Origin: Leucoraja erinacea
Lineage: Eukaryota
Direction: 5' to 3'
Length of the DNA stretch: 64,000 nucleotides
Assembly (NCBI RefSeq): GCF_028641065.1
Contig: NC_073390.1
Span: 52,824,001 to 52,888,000 of the forward strand
Position 1 is the first letter of the stretch. Each line of letters starts with the position of its first letter. This document shows positions 12,861 through 25,922 of this stretch, piece by piece. The position numbers were made by a program, and so were the translations under genes. The notes below the pieces were generated by a model, which worked only from the letters and a program-made list of their open reading frames with translations, was not told the origin of the DNA and ran no database searches.

Positions 12861-13380
12861 CAGCAATCTTGTTCTACCGGCTATCAAATTTGAGTTGGCA
12901 TGATTGCATCTTATTTCTATTATCCAAGAGGAATCACAGGAATGTGACTAAGAATCAGTAAGAATCGGTAAAATTACTTATGCATCCTGTAGTTCAGAGA
13001 TCAAGGTGACATCTCAATATAGCTCCGACTGTGAGTTTAAGATAAGCGTACAGTTTGGACCGGAACATCGGCCTGGTTTACACATTTTCATTCTAAATTA
13101 TGTAGTGCAGATTTAGAGTTAAGTAGAAGGGGCTCATCAAATCCAATTCAATAATTTTAATATTTAAGTAATTTCAAAATAACATGCATTGCCTCACTGA
13201 ATGTGCCTCTATACAATTGCAATAGTAAAGCTAAAGAAAAAATCTTAGATGTTAAATAATTTAAGCTAAATAAATATGCAAACAGAAATTAATTGCACAT
13301 ATCAAAATACTATACAATAAATCTGTTATTGTAGAAATATTGAGCAAAATGTTTGCATCTTGCCGTTGTGGAGGTGATTA

Positions 13381-13394
13381 CCAGCAGGGGGCAG
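13381..13394 (+). promoter_or_regulatory. Candidate CTCF site (forward)
   Basis: ccagcagggggcag matches the core CCASYAGRKGGCRS exactly, in non-repeat DNA. Confidence 0.55.
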
Positions 13395-13664
13395 ATGCTA
13401 ATATTTTTGTAGCATAGGTTTTTTTTGAGCAAATTAACGCAGCCATATTAATAGTTTCTTTCCTGGCTTCCGAACCAATTCTGAGTGGATGCAATGGCAG
13501 TGCACACAACACTATTCCACTCCATGCAACTAAAGGCAGATTGAAAGCGTATAGCACCAAAACATAAATAACCAAACCAGTTTTAAGAGAGGGTTTTAAT
13601 GACCAAAAGCTACCCCCTAGTCATTTGTCAGGCACTTTGCTGGAGAAATCAATAAAACCTATAA

Positions 13665-13784
13665 GGGTCTCAACCCGAAATGTCACCCATTCCTTCTCTC
13701 CAGAGATGCTGCCTGTCCCGCTGAGTTACTCCAGCATTTTGTGTCAACCTTCGATTTAAACCAGCATCTGCAGTTCTTTCCTAC
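13665..13784 (+). mobile_element. PLE-derived short element, 10-bp TSD
   Basis: gggtctcaacccgaaatgtcaccc...ctac flanked by aaacctataa at 13655-13664 and 13785-13794. Confidence 0.75.
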
Positions 13785-13969
13785 AAACCTATAAACCTGT
13801 ACGTCTGTTGGAGTGGGACCCGGTGAAACCCCACGCTGTCACGGGAAGAATGTATAAACTGTAAGCGCTGACAGCAACTCTAGTGCTGCGCCATCGAGCT
13901 TTGAAAAAACTGAAGGCCATGGCCATCAAAGGGGAAAATACTCCAATGGTTGGAATCACATCTTGCACA

Positions 13970-14192
13970 AAGAAGGAACTGCAGATGCTGGAAAATTGAA
14001 CGTACACAAAAATGCTGGAGAGACTCAGCGGGTGCAGCAGCATCTATGGAGCGAAGGAGATAGGCAACGTTTCGGGCCAAAAAACCCTTCGGGTTTCCTG
14101 TCTGAAGAAGGGACTCGGCCCGAAACGTTGCCTATCTCCTTCACTCCATAGATGCTGCTGCACCCGCTGAGTTTCTCCAGCATATTTGTGTA
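13970..14192. mobile_element. PLE-derived palindrome with intact hammerhead core
   Basis: Inverted arms; ctgaagaagggactcggcccgaaacgtt at 14102-14129. Confidence 0.8.
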
Positions 14193-14297
14193 GGGAGATG
14201 GCTGTGGTTGATAGAGGTCAAACATTCCAGCCCCAGGTCTAATCATATTCAGCAAGACCTATACAACATTCAGACATAAATGGTAAATAAATGGCCC

Positions 14298-14340
<43 letters not shown>

Positions 14341-15672
14341 AAAAAGGCAATGGCCATTTCCAATAAGAAAAAAAATCTAGACACAAGGAACTGCAGATGC
14401 TGGTTTACAAAAAAAAACCCACAAAGTGCTGATGTTTAATGAGTCAGTCTGAAGAGGGGTCTCGACACAAAAGGCCGCCAATCCATCTTCTCTGGAGATG
14501 CTGCCTGACCCACTGAGTTACAGTAGAAAAAATCCAATGGCCCACTCTTGAAAATTAATAGCAGTTCAATCACTGACCAACTACTGACCAAAACATCACA
14601 CTGGACCTGTTGAATAAATTCTGCATCTGTAAGATGAAACCAGATAGTCGATGCACTGTGCAAAGTAACTTAGCTACTGACACCACAAGAAACCTCTCCA
14701 CCATCTATAAAGGTACTCATTAGGAATATGAATGAATATTCTTCACTTGTCCAGATGAATGCACATCCAATAAATAACACTCATGAAGTACCCCAATCAA
14801 GGGAAAAGTGCTTACATGAATAACATTGAAATATCTATCCTCACCTCCATCTAGACAACGCATAGCTGTTATACATTGGGCACTCCCAAACCTATAGTTT
14901 CCACCACCAAAAAAGGCTGTGTTCACACACCATCTTAATTTAAATGTAATTTACCAATTCCTCATCATTACTAGTTCTAAATCCTGAAATTCCCTACCAA
15001 TCAGCATTGTTGGTATCTTCAGTGTAAGGACAGAATGGCAGCATCAAGAAAGTGGCTGGTCACCACACTTTCAAAGTCAATTAGGGGTGGACATTAAACA
15101 CTAGTCTTGCTGTCTATGTCCCACACTCCCCCCCCCCCCCAAAAAAAAAAAAGAAATAACAGCTCTAACTCTGCAAATGCACCTCTCCCATGAAAATGGA
15201 ATTTATTTTCACCATCTGTCCAACCACCATCGACATTCCGTCTCGTCTCGCTACATGTTAGTACCCTCATTCACTTCCTAAATTAACAAATGTTCATCTG
15301 TGCGACACATTGCAATAACTTCACTTAATGAACTCCTCTTTCCCTGGTTTTTTTTTTTCAAGGGAAGCAACCTACTGGAGAGAGAGAGAGAGAAGTAGAG
15401 ATGGTTCACCCGCCATTAACTGATCAACAGCTGCAACATGGGCGAGACCTTATCGTGCGGATGGGGGCGAGGGAGTGGATGGACGATTGTTAACGGGGGA
15501 GCAGCAGTAAAGCATGTACGAGGCAATGTAAGACATCTCATCCAATTTCTTCACGCTGGTGAAAAGATTTCTGCAGAACATAGAACTGTACAGCACAAGT
15601 GCAGGCCATTTGGCCCTCAATGTCTGTGCTAAGCATGATGCCAAATTAAAGTAATTCCTTCTGCGATATATA

Positions 15673-16102
15673 TAGAAACATAGAAACATAGAAAATGGGT
15701 GCAGGAGGAGGCCATTCGGCCCTTCGAGCCAGCACCGCCATTCATTGTGATCACGGCTGATCGTCCCCTATCAATAACCCGTGCCTGCCTTCTCCCCATA
15801 TCCCTTGACTCCACTAGCCCCTAGAGCTCTATCTAACCCTCTCTTAAATCCATCCAGTGGTTTGGCCTCCACTGCCCTCTGTGACAGGGAATTCCATAAA
15901 TTTCCAACTCTCTGGGTGAAAACGTTTTTTTTCTCAACTCAGTCTTAAATGACCTCCCCTTTATTCTAAGACTGTGGCCCCTGGTTCTGGATTCGCCCAA
16001 CATTGGGAACATTTTTCCTGCATCTAGCTTGTCCAGTCCTTTTATAATTTTAGATGTTTCTATAAGATCCCTCCCCTCATTCTTCTAAACTCCAGTGAAT
16101 AC
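15673..16102 (-). mobile_element. CR1 3' end
   Basis: Reverse (ctatgttt)n tail; same subfamily as 5869-6297. Confidence 0.9.
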
Positions 16103-16284
16103 ACTATCACTCCATTTCCCACATATCCATGTGCCAATCTAAAAGCCTCTTAAATGCCACTATCGTACCTGCTTCCACCACCATCTTCCAGACCCTGTAC
16201 TGAGGGAAAGCACTCTAGTGAGCTACATCTCTGTCTTGTGTTTAGCTGCAGGCTTCTCAAGTTCCTTTGGTCTTTTAGTAAATA

Positions 16285-16590
16285 AAAGATACAGTATGGA
16301 AACAGGCTCTTCAGCTCAGCTAGTCCACACCATCCACCAATCACCTGTTTTCATTAGTTTTATGGTATCTCACATTTGCATCCACTCCCTACACACTAGG
16401 GGTAATTTGACCCAATTGAAACCCATACGCCTTTGGGATGTGGGAGGAAACTGGAGCACCCGAAGCAAACCCGTGCAGCCACAGGTAGAACGTGCAAACT
16501 CTACACATGCAGCGCCTGAAGCCAGGATTGAACCCGGGTTCATCAGAGCAGTGGGGCAGCAGCACTACCTGCCGCAGTGCCACAGCGTGG
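16285..16590 (-). mobile_element. HE1-like V-SINE
   Basis: Reverse head (ggattgaacccggg..gcagcactacctgccgcagtgccac) and reverse tail ggaaacaggc. Confidence 0.8.
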
Positions 16591-16911
16591 TGTGTTTTGA
16601 TCACAGCCTCCCTCCAGGTCCCAGAGTTTAGCTGCACATGCAACATCCATTGTGATGTCTGCAAATGTGAGACCATGTTGTGGGGATTATATTGCATTTC
16701 AAGCTTCAATGCATTCCAGGGGCAGAAGTACCGCAACTGCGGATCTGACTGGGATTTGCTAATTCAACACAGGTTGATAAATCTTTCTCTGTGGAAGGCT
16801 CAGCAAACGCCGTACAACTTCAGGGTTCATTCAAACATGTTAGAGTTATTCAGGTGTTCGGAGACAGTAAAACCAATGTTTAGCTCGAGCCCTGGGACAC
16901 TGCATTGAATC

Positions 16912-17042
16912 TGTCTGAAGAAGGTTCTCGACCCGAAACATCACCTATTCCTGTTCTCCAGAGATGCTGCCTGACCTGCTGAGTTACTCCACCATTTTGT
17001 GTCTATCTTCGGTGTAAACCAGCATCTGCAGTTCCTTCCCTC
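16912..17042 (+). mobile_element. PLE-derived element with hammerhead core
   Basis: ctgaagaaggttctcgacccgaaacatc starting at 16915. Confidence 0.75.
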
Positions 17043-17229
17043 ATGTTTCTTTATGACAGCCTGAATAAGGTTCCCAGTGCAGTTGATGTTCATTACATTT
17101 TATAGATAGCAATTTCAAATCTGTATAAAATGTGTCCACCACCTGTCAATAGTAGTTAAACAATTCAATTTACTTTATAGAACAAGTGGTATGTTTACAA
17201 CATTTAATAAACATTAGGAGAGTACATAG

Positions 17230-17745
17230 ATCAAGGAATTGTGCAGCACACAGGAAAAGATCCTTTGGCCCACAATCTCCAGGCTGAATATGGGACCAAG
17301 TTAAACAAATCCCTGCCTGCATGTGATCCATATCCCTCTGCATATTTACATGCCTATCGAAAGCCTCTTAGATGCCATTATCGTATCTGCCTCCTTCACA
17401 ACCCTGGCAGTGCATTCTAGGCACCGACCATTCTCCGCCCAAAACGTACCCTGCACATGCACCCTGTACCCTGCACTCTCTCACCAGGGACTAACTCTAC
17501 AGAACGTTTTTCCTTCTATTATTTATTATGCAAAAGAATATGTGTGTTATGATTGCCCTAATTTGTTTGGTTGTTTTTTGTTGTTTGTCCTTTCCATTGC
17601 CACTTTCATTTCCTGCACATCTCGTATGTGTATGTGACAAATAAACTTGACTTGACTTGGCCTTTAAACTTTGCCCCCTCACCTCACAACACAACTATGC
17701 CCTCTAGTCTTTGACGTTTCCACCCTGGGAAAGAGGATCTGACTC
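17230..17745 (-). mobile_element. CR1 3' fragment with a plus-strand Rex1-type tail inserted (about 17480-17659)
   Basis: CR1 reverse 3' sequence; insert ends gtgacaaataaa-cttgacttgacttg. Confidence 0.65.
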
Positions 17746-18289
17746 GGAAAGGTTTCGAGGGATGCAGGCCAAGCGCAGGCAGGCGGGATTAACTCAGTCA
17801 GGCCACTTGGTCAGCATGGACAAGTTGGGCTGAAGGGCCTGCTCCATGCCGTATAATTGTGACTCCGTGGCTTTAATGAAGTAGTTTTGCTGAGTCACTT
17901 AATATGCTTGCTGTTGCAGTACATTAATGATTTATCCTTGTGACTAATTAATTTGTACTTAGAGCTGAGGGTGTGATAATGAAGCCTGCTGTGAACACAA
18001 ACATTGGGTTTGTGGTTGAAAGCTGGGCACTGCTGAGATTTATGGCTGGGCTGAATAGAGACAAATAGAATTTAATCTACGTCTAAAGTTTAAGGGAATG
18101 CATTTGAGGAAGTGCAACAAGGCAAGATATACACAAGCGGGAGGGTGTTGTGGAGAGGACAGAGCAAAATATATGTTCATCGATTCTTTGATGTAGGTGA
18201 ATGGTCACTAAAATGGTTTCAAAATGCATTGTGGAGATGGATGGACAGAGCAATGGACTGGAATGTCCCGTTTGTAGTATTTCATGCTT

Positions 18290-18740
18290 TGATTCTTTGA
18301 TGTAGGGGGGACTTGATAGAATGGTCACTAGACAGAGTTGATGTGGACAAGCTTTTCCCTTTGAGAATAGGGAAGATTCAAAAATGCATTGTAAGAAATG
18401 AATTATGACAGAACATATGAGGGGGAACTTCTTTACTCAGAGAGTGGTAGCGGTGTGGAATGAGCTTCCAGTGGAAGTGGTGGAGGCAGGGATCATTGGA
18501 CAATTGTAGGCATTTGTAGGGTATTGAAGATCTGGTATTTGCAAAACTAGATAAAAAAAGAAGTGCTGGTAAGATTGAAATCAATGGACTTCAAGGGATA
18601 CACACTGACACAAAGGAATTGTAGGGCCAAGATGGCCTGTTTCCGTGCTGTAATTGTTATATGGTTATATGGTTATAAAAGAAGTGCGGGTAAGATTGAA
18701 ATCAATGGACTTCAAGGGATAAACACTGACACAAAGGAAG
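18290..18740 (+). mobile_element. Mosaic CR1 ((ATATGGTT)n-tail subfamily) interleaved with duplicated flank
   Basis: Pieces match the 31052-31662 copy and alternate with local duplicated sequence. Confidence 0.7.
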
Positions 18741-19039
18741 ATGGTTGATATCGTAAATTGGCATAATTGAGATATTACTGCGGGAATTCTTCATAGTTCA
18801 TAGTTTCCAGTACTCCTCAACTGGGTTGGAGAACATTGATGCAGGAGCAGATGGATAACAGTTTAAAATCATGCCACAGTGATATCAGGGAAAGGTCATC
18901 TCCAAAATGGGAAGGTCCAACCACTTCTACTTGACGTTCCAAGGCCATTCTTATGGGTGGGAGTGGCATGGGGCATAACAGCAGGATTTAAGATAGAGCA
19001 ATGACATGCAAATCGTGGCTAGATTTGGCAAATCGTGGC

Positions 19040-19530
19040 TATTGTAAATGGCTCACCTCCTGACATCCTAAAGCATTTCCACCAACAACAAATCAGAAAT
19101 TGTTAATGCAGTGGAATATTTCCACTTGAGTTCTACTCCAATAGTATTCAAGACGTTTCGCAACATTTAGGAAAAAATAAACCTTATTTTTGGTATCTCA
19201 ACCAAGATTATCGAGATTCATTCCCTTCGAGATCAGTGTCCTGTGATTGCATTGTTTACCATTCGCAAAATGCACTGCAGTTACATATCCAGGCTTCTCG
19301 GATATCACCTCCAAAGTCTCAGGACTATACTAGCTAGAAGGACAAGGGTGGCAGGAGCATGGAGTCACCACCATCTCCAGGTTCCCAGCCAAATCACACA
19401 CCATCCTGATATGAAAATATATCACTGTTCCTTCAAAGTCGCTGATCTGAAATCCTAGAATTCCCTCCCCAACGGTACAATAAAAGTTCCATTCTCTGAA
19501 GGACTGGGATGGTTCAGGAAGGCAGTTCAT
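19040..19530 (+). mobile_element. Old CR1/L2-group LINE 3' remnant
   Basis: Similar to 14700-15110 (aaatcctagaattccctccccaac..ggttcaggaaggcagttcatca). Confidence 0.55.
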
Positions 19531-19639
19531 CATTGAGCAGGGAGGACATGCTGGGATTGTTCACAGCGATTGTCAGACCTGGGCATTGTACACCACATCC
19601 GATTGCATTGATGGGGCTGCAGCGGAGAATCTGGAGGAT

Positions 19640-20110
19640 TGGAGGAATAGTATCGGGTAGACGCGCAGAGTCTCTTCCCCAGAATCGAGGACCAGAGGAC
19701 GTAAGGTTTAAGGTGAAGGGGAAAAGATTTAATAGGAATCTGAGTGGTAACTTTTTCACACTAAAGGGTGATGGGTGTATGGAACAAGCTGCCAGAGGAG
19801 GTAGTTGAGGCAGGGACGACCTCAACATTTAAGAAACAGTTGGACAGGCCTTCTTCTTGTCGAGTCCACACACAAGATTAGAAGTTGTTCAGCCAGAGCT
19901 GAAAGCACTTCTCGGCATCTGCACAATGGTGTCTGCCTTGTCGCTTCTTGTGCGCGGCGGTGGAAAGATTGGTGGAGACCTGAACACTCTTTCCTGGACC
20001 CCAGTTAGACAGGTACATGGATAGGACAGGTTTGGAGGGATTTGGACCAGTGTAGCTGGGACATGTTGGTCGGTGTGGGCAAGTTGGGACGAAGGACCTG
20101 TTTCCACACT
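19640..20110 (+). mobile_element. CR1 3' fragment
   Basis: RFKVKGKRFNRNLSGNFFT segment; tail gaaggacctgtttccacac; contains an unrelated insert near 19850-20000. Confidence 0.75.
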
Positions 20111-20149
20111 ATGGCCTTTCCATGTGGATATTACCAGGACTGAAAAATT

Positions 20150-20282
20150 GTGTAGGAAGGAACTGCAGATGCTGGTTTACACTGAAGATAGACGCAAAAA
20201 GCTGGAGTAACTCAGCGGATCAGGCAGCATGTCTGAAGAAAAGGAATAGGTGATGTTTCAGGTCAAGACCCTTCTACAGACT
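20150..20282 (-). mobile_element. PLE-derived element
   Basis: gtaggaaggaactgcagatgctgg...gtttcaggtcaagacccttc. Confidence 0.75.
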
Positions 20283-20618
20283 AAAACATTGTAGCTATGA
20301 GAAAGATGATATGTGCTAGTGTCGTTTTCTTGGATAGGGGGAGGCTGAGGAAAGAGTTAATTAATGTATATTAAATTAACAAAGTAAAACGGAAGGACAT
20401 ATTTAATTTACATGTGTCAGAAACCAATAAGCATCCATTGAAAGTAATTGGTTAAACGATTAGAGGGGAGATAAGGGAAATAGTTTTTATGCAGAGGGTA
20501 GTAGGTAACACTAGCTGAAAGGGTTGTAGAGGCAGAAATCCTCATCATATTTAAACATATGGCTTTTCGTGAAGAGCTGTAAGCTGCGGGGCTCTAAATT
20601 AGAGGAGAAGTGGCATGG

Positions 20619-20734
20619 AAAAATTTGTATAGTCTCCGAAAATGTCGGATGAATTTTGTTTGTTTGAATGGTTCAGGAATTGTATATATTTATCAATTGA
20701 ATAAAGTCTATTTTGAAATAAATTAAAAAAAAAA
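20619..20734 (+). mobile_element. L1/Tx1-type 3' end with poly(A) and 18-bp TSD, inside an old CR1 (about 20290-20815)
   Basis: aataaagtctatttt..poly(A); TSD agaggagaagtggcatgg at 20601-20618 and 20735-20752. Confidence 0.8.
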
Positions 20735-20949
20735 AGAGGAGAAGTGGCATGGGTCCATTTGCAGACTTATGGTCATGGTTGGCCATGGTTGGTCAAATGG
20801 CTTATTTCTGTGTCATAACCTTTTCCTCACACGATGATCGACTCTATGTCAATCTCTGTCATTTGACAGTTACTTGCGATCGAGGATGATTTGACTCTGC
20901 CCTGGTTTTCTTGGCTTTTGGGGTGACTTAGGACTTGAGAATTTAGGCC

Positions 20950-21232
20950 TTAGAGATACAGTGTGGAAACAGCCCACCGAGTCAGCAATTGGCCAGCAAT
21001 CACCCGTACATTAACACCATCCTACACATTAGGGACAAGTTAATTTTTTAGCCAATTAACCTACAAACCTGTACGTCTTTGGAGTGTGGGAGGAAACCGG
21101 GGCATCCAGGGAAAACCCACGAGGTCACAGGGAGAACGTACAAACTCCGTACAAACAGCGCCTGTAGTCAGGATGGAACCCGGATCTCTGGCGCTGTCAG
21201 GCAGCAGCTCTACCGTTGCTCCACTGTGCCAC
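20950..21232 (-). mobile_element. HE1-like V-SINE
   Basis: Reverse head ggcagcagctctaccgttgctccactgtgcc; core ggagaacgtacaaactcc. Confidence 0.88.
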
Positions 21233-23059
21233 CCACAAATGGGGCAACAGAGGACACTTTCCACAATTTGGGACCAAAGTCAAGGGCCAAGAGTGTTTAA
21301 TTGTCATATTGCTGATAACGGAACAATGACATTCTTACTTGCAGCATCATTACAGGACTATCAACACAGTACTCATAGATAACACAAGAAACAAAAAAAA
21401 CCTCAATAAATTAAAAATCCCCAATATTATGACAATACTAAGTGCAACCAAGACAGTTCTGGACTAAACACTAGTTGGGTTAGTGGTTGCATTGTACATG
21501 ATGGGATGGGTGGATGGGCAGTTTGTGACATGGTCTACCCATTATCTATTTACACCAGGTTTCCGTATGCTCCTGATGCATTCACTCGAAGATCTCAATA
21601 CCATTTCAATTGCTCCTTCTCCACTCTGAGTGGTGTTGGGCTGGGGATTTTCAAGAAACATTGCATATCGCTTTCTTTTTTATCTTAACTGAGTCTTCAA
21701 AGTACAGTTGTTACTAAATTCAGCGCAACACATTCTTGTTTTTTATATCAATAATCAGTGTAGCTGTTGATGAAAGCTCATTGACTGAAAGTTGCATGTT
21801 CGTCTCTTTGATTTGACTGCAAATTTCCAGTGTTTGCATTTGACACAGTGCAGTTTGGTCTCTCTACCGGAAGTGTTTTTATTTTGAAGAGGGTCTCTGT
21901 GCTGAATAAACAAAAAAGTTGCACAAACTAATCCACTTCAGCTGTTGCCCAGAGACTGTGGCGTGAATGTTGGGGTTTTATACAAGTGAGCAAAATTAGG
22001 AGCATGGTTCGAATCTATTGTTAGCGACAAAGTTGCCTGTTTAGCACCGAAAATGTTACTTTCCCCCCTCTGTTTTTCACATATACCTAATACTTCTTTA
22101 TTGAAATATTATTGCGGGATATATTGGTATTATTAAACAACCATTTTTACAAGAAAACATAATCTCCGCCAACAAAAACATCAAATAAATCCAATGAGTA
22201 AAATAAAATGAGAGTGGACCCTGCATATAGCCGGTTTTAAGACGCTAAAGACTGGACAATACTGGGAAGATTGTTACAACTTCAAATAGAGCTATGAAGA
22301 ATTTTGGAAACCACAACATAGTCACTGTTCACCATATCACCAGATATTGACCTTTCTTAAGGAAACCGAAGTAAATGCAAAAACATTTCAATAAATGTTT
22401 CCAGACATTTGGAAGAGCATCACTCAGCAACCTTGTCCTTGACCTCATAATGTGTAGATGTTCAGAACCGAAGGAAATATCTGATGCTTCCTTATAAAAT
22501 CGTTTAACTGTTCATGCATAGTTCATTTGTGCTAGTAAAAGGGAGAGGAATGGAAACTGTTATTCATCTGGCAATGATGCTTGGAAAACAAAACATGTGA
22601 TTTTGACTTTCCACAAGGCAACGCATCTTATTCTGATATTTCAAATTAGACTTGTTTCCTTTATAGCAAATTCAGGCATAACCCTTTTAAACGGCTGTAA
22701 AATATCTTTCAGCAAATGCCAACTGAGTCTAACTGAGATTTCCTTGCTCTATTCACCGTGATCTCTTTGTGTTCTTCTCAGAAATGCGGGGTAACTTTTA
22801 TTTTTTACAAGAGAGCCTAGAATGTCTGGAAGGGTGCCGAGGATGTGCTGTCAGGCCAAGTGTTGGTGGAGGCAGATATGATAGTGGCATTTTGATAGGC
22901 AAATGTATATGCTGAGAATGGAAGAACATGGATCACTTGCAAGCAAAGGAGATTAATTTAACTTGGAATCACGTTTGGCATGGACATTGTGGGCTGAAGT
23001 GCCTGCTTCTGTGCTGTACTCTTCTATGTTCTATCTTCGAAATCTGGATGGCTGGGGTA

Positions 23060-23920
23060 CTGTGAGCAAATTTGGGCCCCATATAAAATTATAAAAGGAC
23101 TGGACAAGCTAGATGCAGGAAAAATGTCCCCAATGTTGGGCGAGTCCAGAACCAGGGGCCACAGTCTTAGAATGAAGGGGAGGTCATTTAAGACTGAGAT
23201 GAGAAAAAAATTTTCACCCAGAGAGTTGTGAATTTATGGAATTCCCTGCCACAGAGGGCAGTGGAGGCCTATTCACTGGATGGATTTAAGAGAGAGTTAG
23301 ATAGAGCTCTAGGGGCTAGTGGAGTCAAGCGATATGGGGAGAAGGCAGGCATGGGTTATTGATAGGGGACGATCAGCCATGATCACAATGAATGGCGGTG
23401 CTGGCTCAAAGGGTCGAATGGCCTCCTCCTGCACCTATTTTCTATGTTTCTATGAAGGATGTGCTGGTTCTGGTGAGGGTCCAGAGGAGATTTACAAGAA
23501 TGATTCCAGGAATGAGTGGGTTAGCATATGATGGGCATTTGACAGCAATGGGCCTATACTCGCTGGAGTTTAGAAGGTTGTGGGGAGACCTCATTGAAAC
23601 TTATAGAATAATGTAAGGCATGGATGTGGAAAGGATGATTCCACTACTGGGAGAATCTAGGACGACATGTCATAGCCTCAGAAGTAAAGTAGGCTCTTTT
23701 AGAAAGGAGGTGAGGAGGAACTTCTTTAGTCAGAGGGCAGTTAAGGCCCTCATTGCCACAGAGGGCTGTGGAGGCCAAGTCAGTGGATATTTTTAAGGCA
23801 GAGAGACAAACTCTTGATTAGAACGGGTGTCAAGGGTTATGGAATTAAGGCAGGAAAATGGGATTAGGAGGCTGAGATCAGCCATGATTGGATGGCTGAG
23901 TAGACTCGATGGGCTGAATG
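23060..23920 (+). mobile_element. Older CR1 3' fragment with a younger CR1 nested at 23082-23454
   Basis: ORF 23392..23616 ..RVQRRFTRMIPGM..; the nested copy ends in (ctatgttt)n. Confidence 0.85.
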
Positions 23921-24469
23921 GAAAGTGAACATGAGCTTGTGGATGCATCAATTACACATTATTATCCAAAAGACCAAACATATCAAATTGAAATATATAA
24001 TGAGAATTACAAAAAAATGTTTTAATCCTTAGTCACTTTGGTGCAAATGTGTCCTGATAATCAAGCACTTGTTATCTCGAAAAAGATGGGAAAATGTTGA
24101 TGAATTTTAGTTGAGATTTCAAAGCCCAAACACACTTCAGCAAGACCATCGTAGGTTGTTGGGGAATGACTGTGCTCCAAGGAACTTATTCAACACTTAT
24201 AGATATTATAGCTTCAGACAATGTACATTCAAAGAAATTAAACCTTTAAGATAAGATGATAAAAAATTGTCACGGTTTTGTGGCCCAAGGATTGTAGAGT
24301 TTCTCATTTACATTTTCTTTGAGTTAAATTAAGGCATTGCTAATTAAGCAGAGTGAGACTTGAAAATGTTACTGTGCAAGGAGATCTGGAGATTCTTTTT
24401 GAAACTCAACAATAATTAGGAAGCCTAATTAAAAGTTGGCCTTTATTATAGTGGATGGGGTACAGATTG

Positions 24470-24958
24470 GAAGCGGGACTTTTGGCCCACCACATCCCCG
24501 CTGACCAATGATCACCTGTACACTAGTTCTGTATTATTCCACCTTTGCATCCTACACACTAAGGTTAATTCACAGAAGCCAATTAACCTGCAAATCTGGA
24601 TAGACACAAAAAGCTGGTGTAACTCATCGGGACAGGCAGCATCTCTGGAGAGAAGGAATGGGTGATGTTTCGGGTCGAGACCCTACTTCCCACTGGTTCC
24701 TTCTCATCAGAGATGCTGCCTGTCCCGCTGAGTTACTCCAGCTATTTGGGTCTCTCTTTCGTTTAAACCAGCATCTGCAGTTCCTTCCTACACATTTAAC
24801 CTACAAACCTGCACGTCTTTGGAATGTGGGAGGGAATCAGAGCACCCACACAATCACAAAGAGAACCTACACACTCTGTATAGAAGCAACCATGCTCAGG
24901 TCAGGCCCGGATCTCTGGCGCTGTAAGGCAGCAACTCTATCGCTGCGCCACTATGCCA
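24470..24958 (-). mobile_element. HE1-like V-SINE interrupted by a PLE palindrome (24599-24795)
   Basis: Reverse SINE head at 24910-24958; insert flanked by a 16-bp imperfect TSD ttaacctRcaaaYctg at 24583-24598 and 24796-24811. Confidence 0.8.
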
Positions 24959-24993
24959 CACAAAAACACATTCAGTTTTGATGCAACTTCATG

Positions 24994-25096
24994 GTTGGCA
25001 GTTCAGTCACTCGGGCCTGGTGGGCTGGCAGCTCAGTCACTCAGGCCTGGTGGGCTGGCAGCTCAGTCACTCAGGCCTGGTGGGCTGGCAGCTCAG
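24994..25096. repeat. 30-bp minisatellite, about 3.4 copies
   Basis: Unit ggctggcagctcagtcactcaggcctggtg. Confidence 0.9.
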
Positions 25097-25419
25097 AAAC
25101 TGCCAGATATTCTGCCCAAAACACGTGAGAGACTGTGAGAGAGAAGGGAGAGAGGGTGGAGAATCAATTTTAGACATTTGTCATCTTTTTCTGCAAATCA
25201 CAGCAATAAAGGAGGAAAGTCTATCCTGGCCTGCATCTCACATGGAGCCAATGAAGGGAGGAAGAAAAATACTGGGGTGAGGTTTAATACTTGCAGGGGA
25301 AATGCTTACTGATGGGCCAAAGGGACTCCACCTGGGCTAGTACAGGCCTGATGGGCCGAAGGGGCTCTTTAAAAATAAAGCTAAGTGTATACTCAGTAAA
25401 AGGCACTTTTTCTGGATTT

Positions 25420-25922
25420 TCCTGGCCTTGCGTGCCGAAATTAGTGGTTTCAGGCAGGCCAAAGGATAGGTTTCTCGGTTAATAGGGGCCTTGCGTGCTG
25501 AAATTAGTGGTTTCAGACAGGCCAAACAACTAATTTCATTTCATTTCCATATCCATTTCAAGCACAGGGCAGGCCAAACAACTAATTTCATTTCATTTCC
25601 ATTCAAGCACAGGGCAGGCCAAATCCATTTTCATTTCCATTTCAATTTCAAGCACAGGGCAGGCCAAATAACTAATTGCATTCTCATTTCCATTTCCATT
25701 TCACTTTTAAGCACAGTCTGGCCAAAAAACGCATTGCATTCTCATTGCCATTGCCATTTCCATTTCAATTTCAAGCACAAGGCAGGCCAAACAGCTCATT
25801 GCATTTTAATTTCATTTCTATTTCCATTGCAGTTTCAAGTACAGGGCAGGCTAAACAGCACATTGCAGTTTCATTTCATTTCCATTTCCATTGTAGTTTC
25901 AAGCACAGGGCAGGCCAAACAA
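25420..25922. repeat. Degenerate 40-65 bp tandem array
   Basis: Recurrent ttcaagcacagggcaggccaaa plus (tttca/ttcca)n. Confidence 0.85.

Larger units (their letters stand above)
13600..15120 (+). mobile_element. Old CR1/L2-group LINE remnant with nested PLE and SINE pieces and a 40-nt poly(C) at 14299-14338
   Basis: KLKAMAIKG..QWLESHLAQR-like RT segment near 13905-13970; cagcaagacctatacaacattcag; 3' end caagaaagtggctggtcaccacac..caattagggg. Confidence 0.55.

Noticed and set aside
14299-14338. Poly(C) runs as functional G-quadruplexes
   Set aside because: Homopolymer length is unreliable in assemblies and this run lies in a decayed LINE
24994-25922. CRISPR-like repeat array
   Set aside because: No unique spacers, variable unit length, vertebrate context
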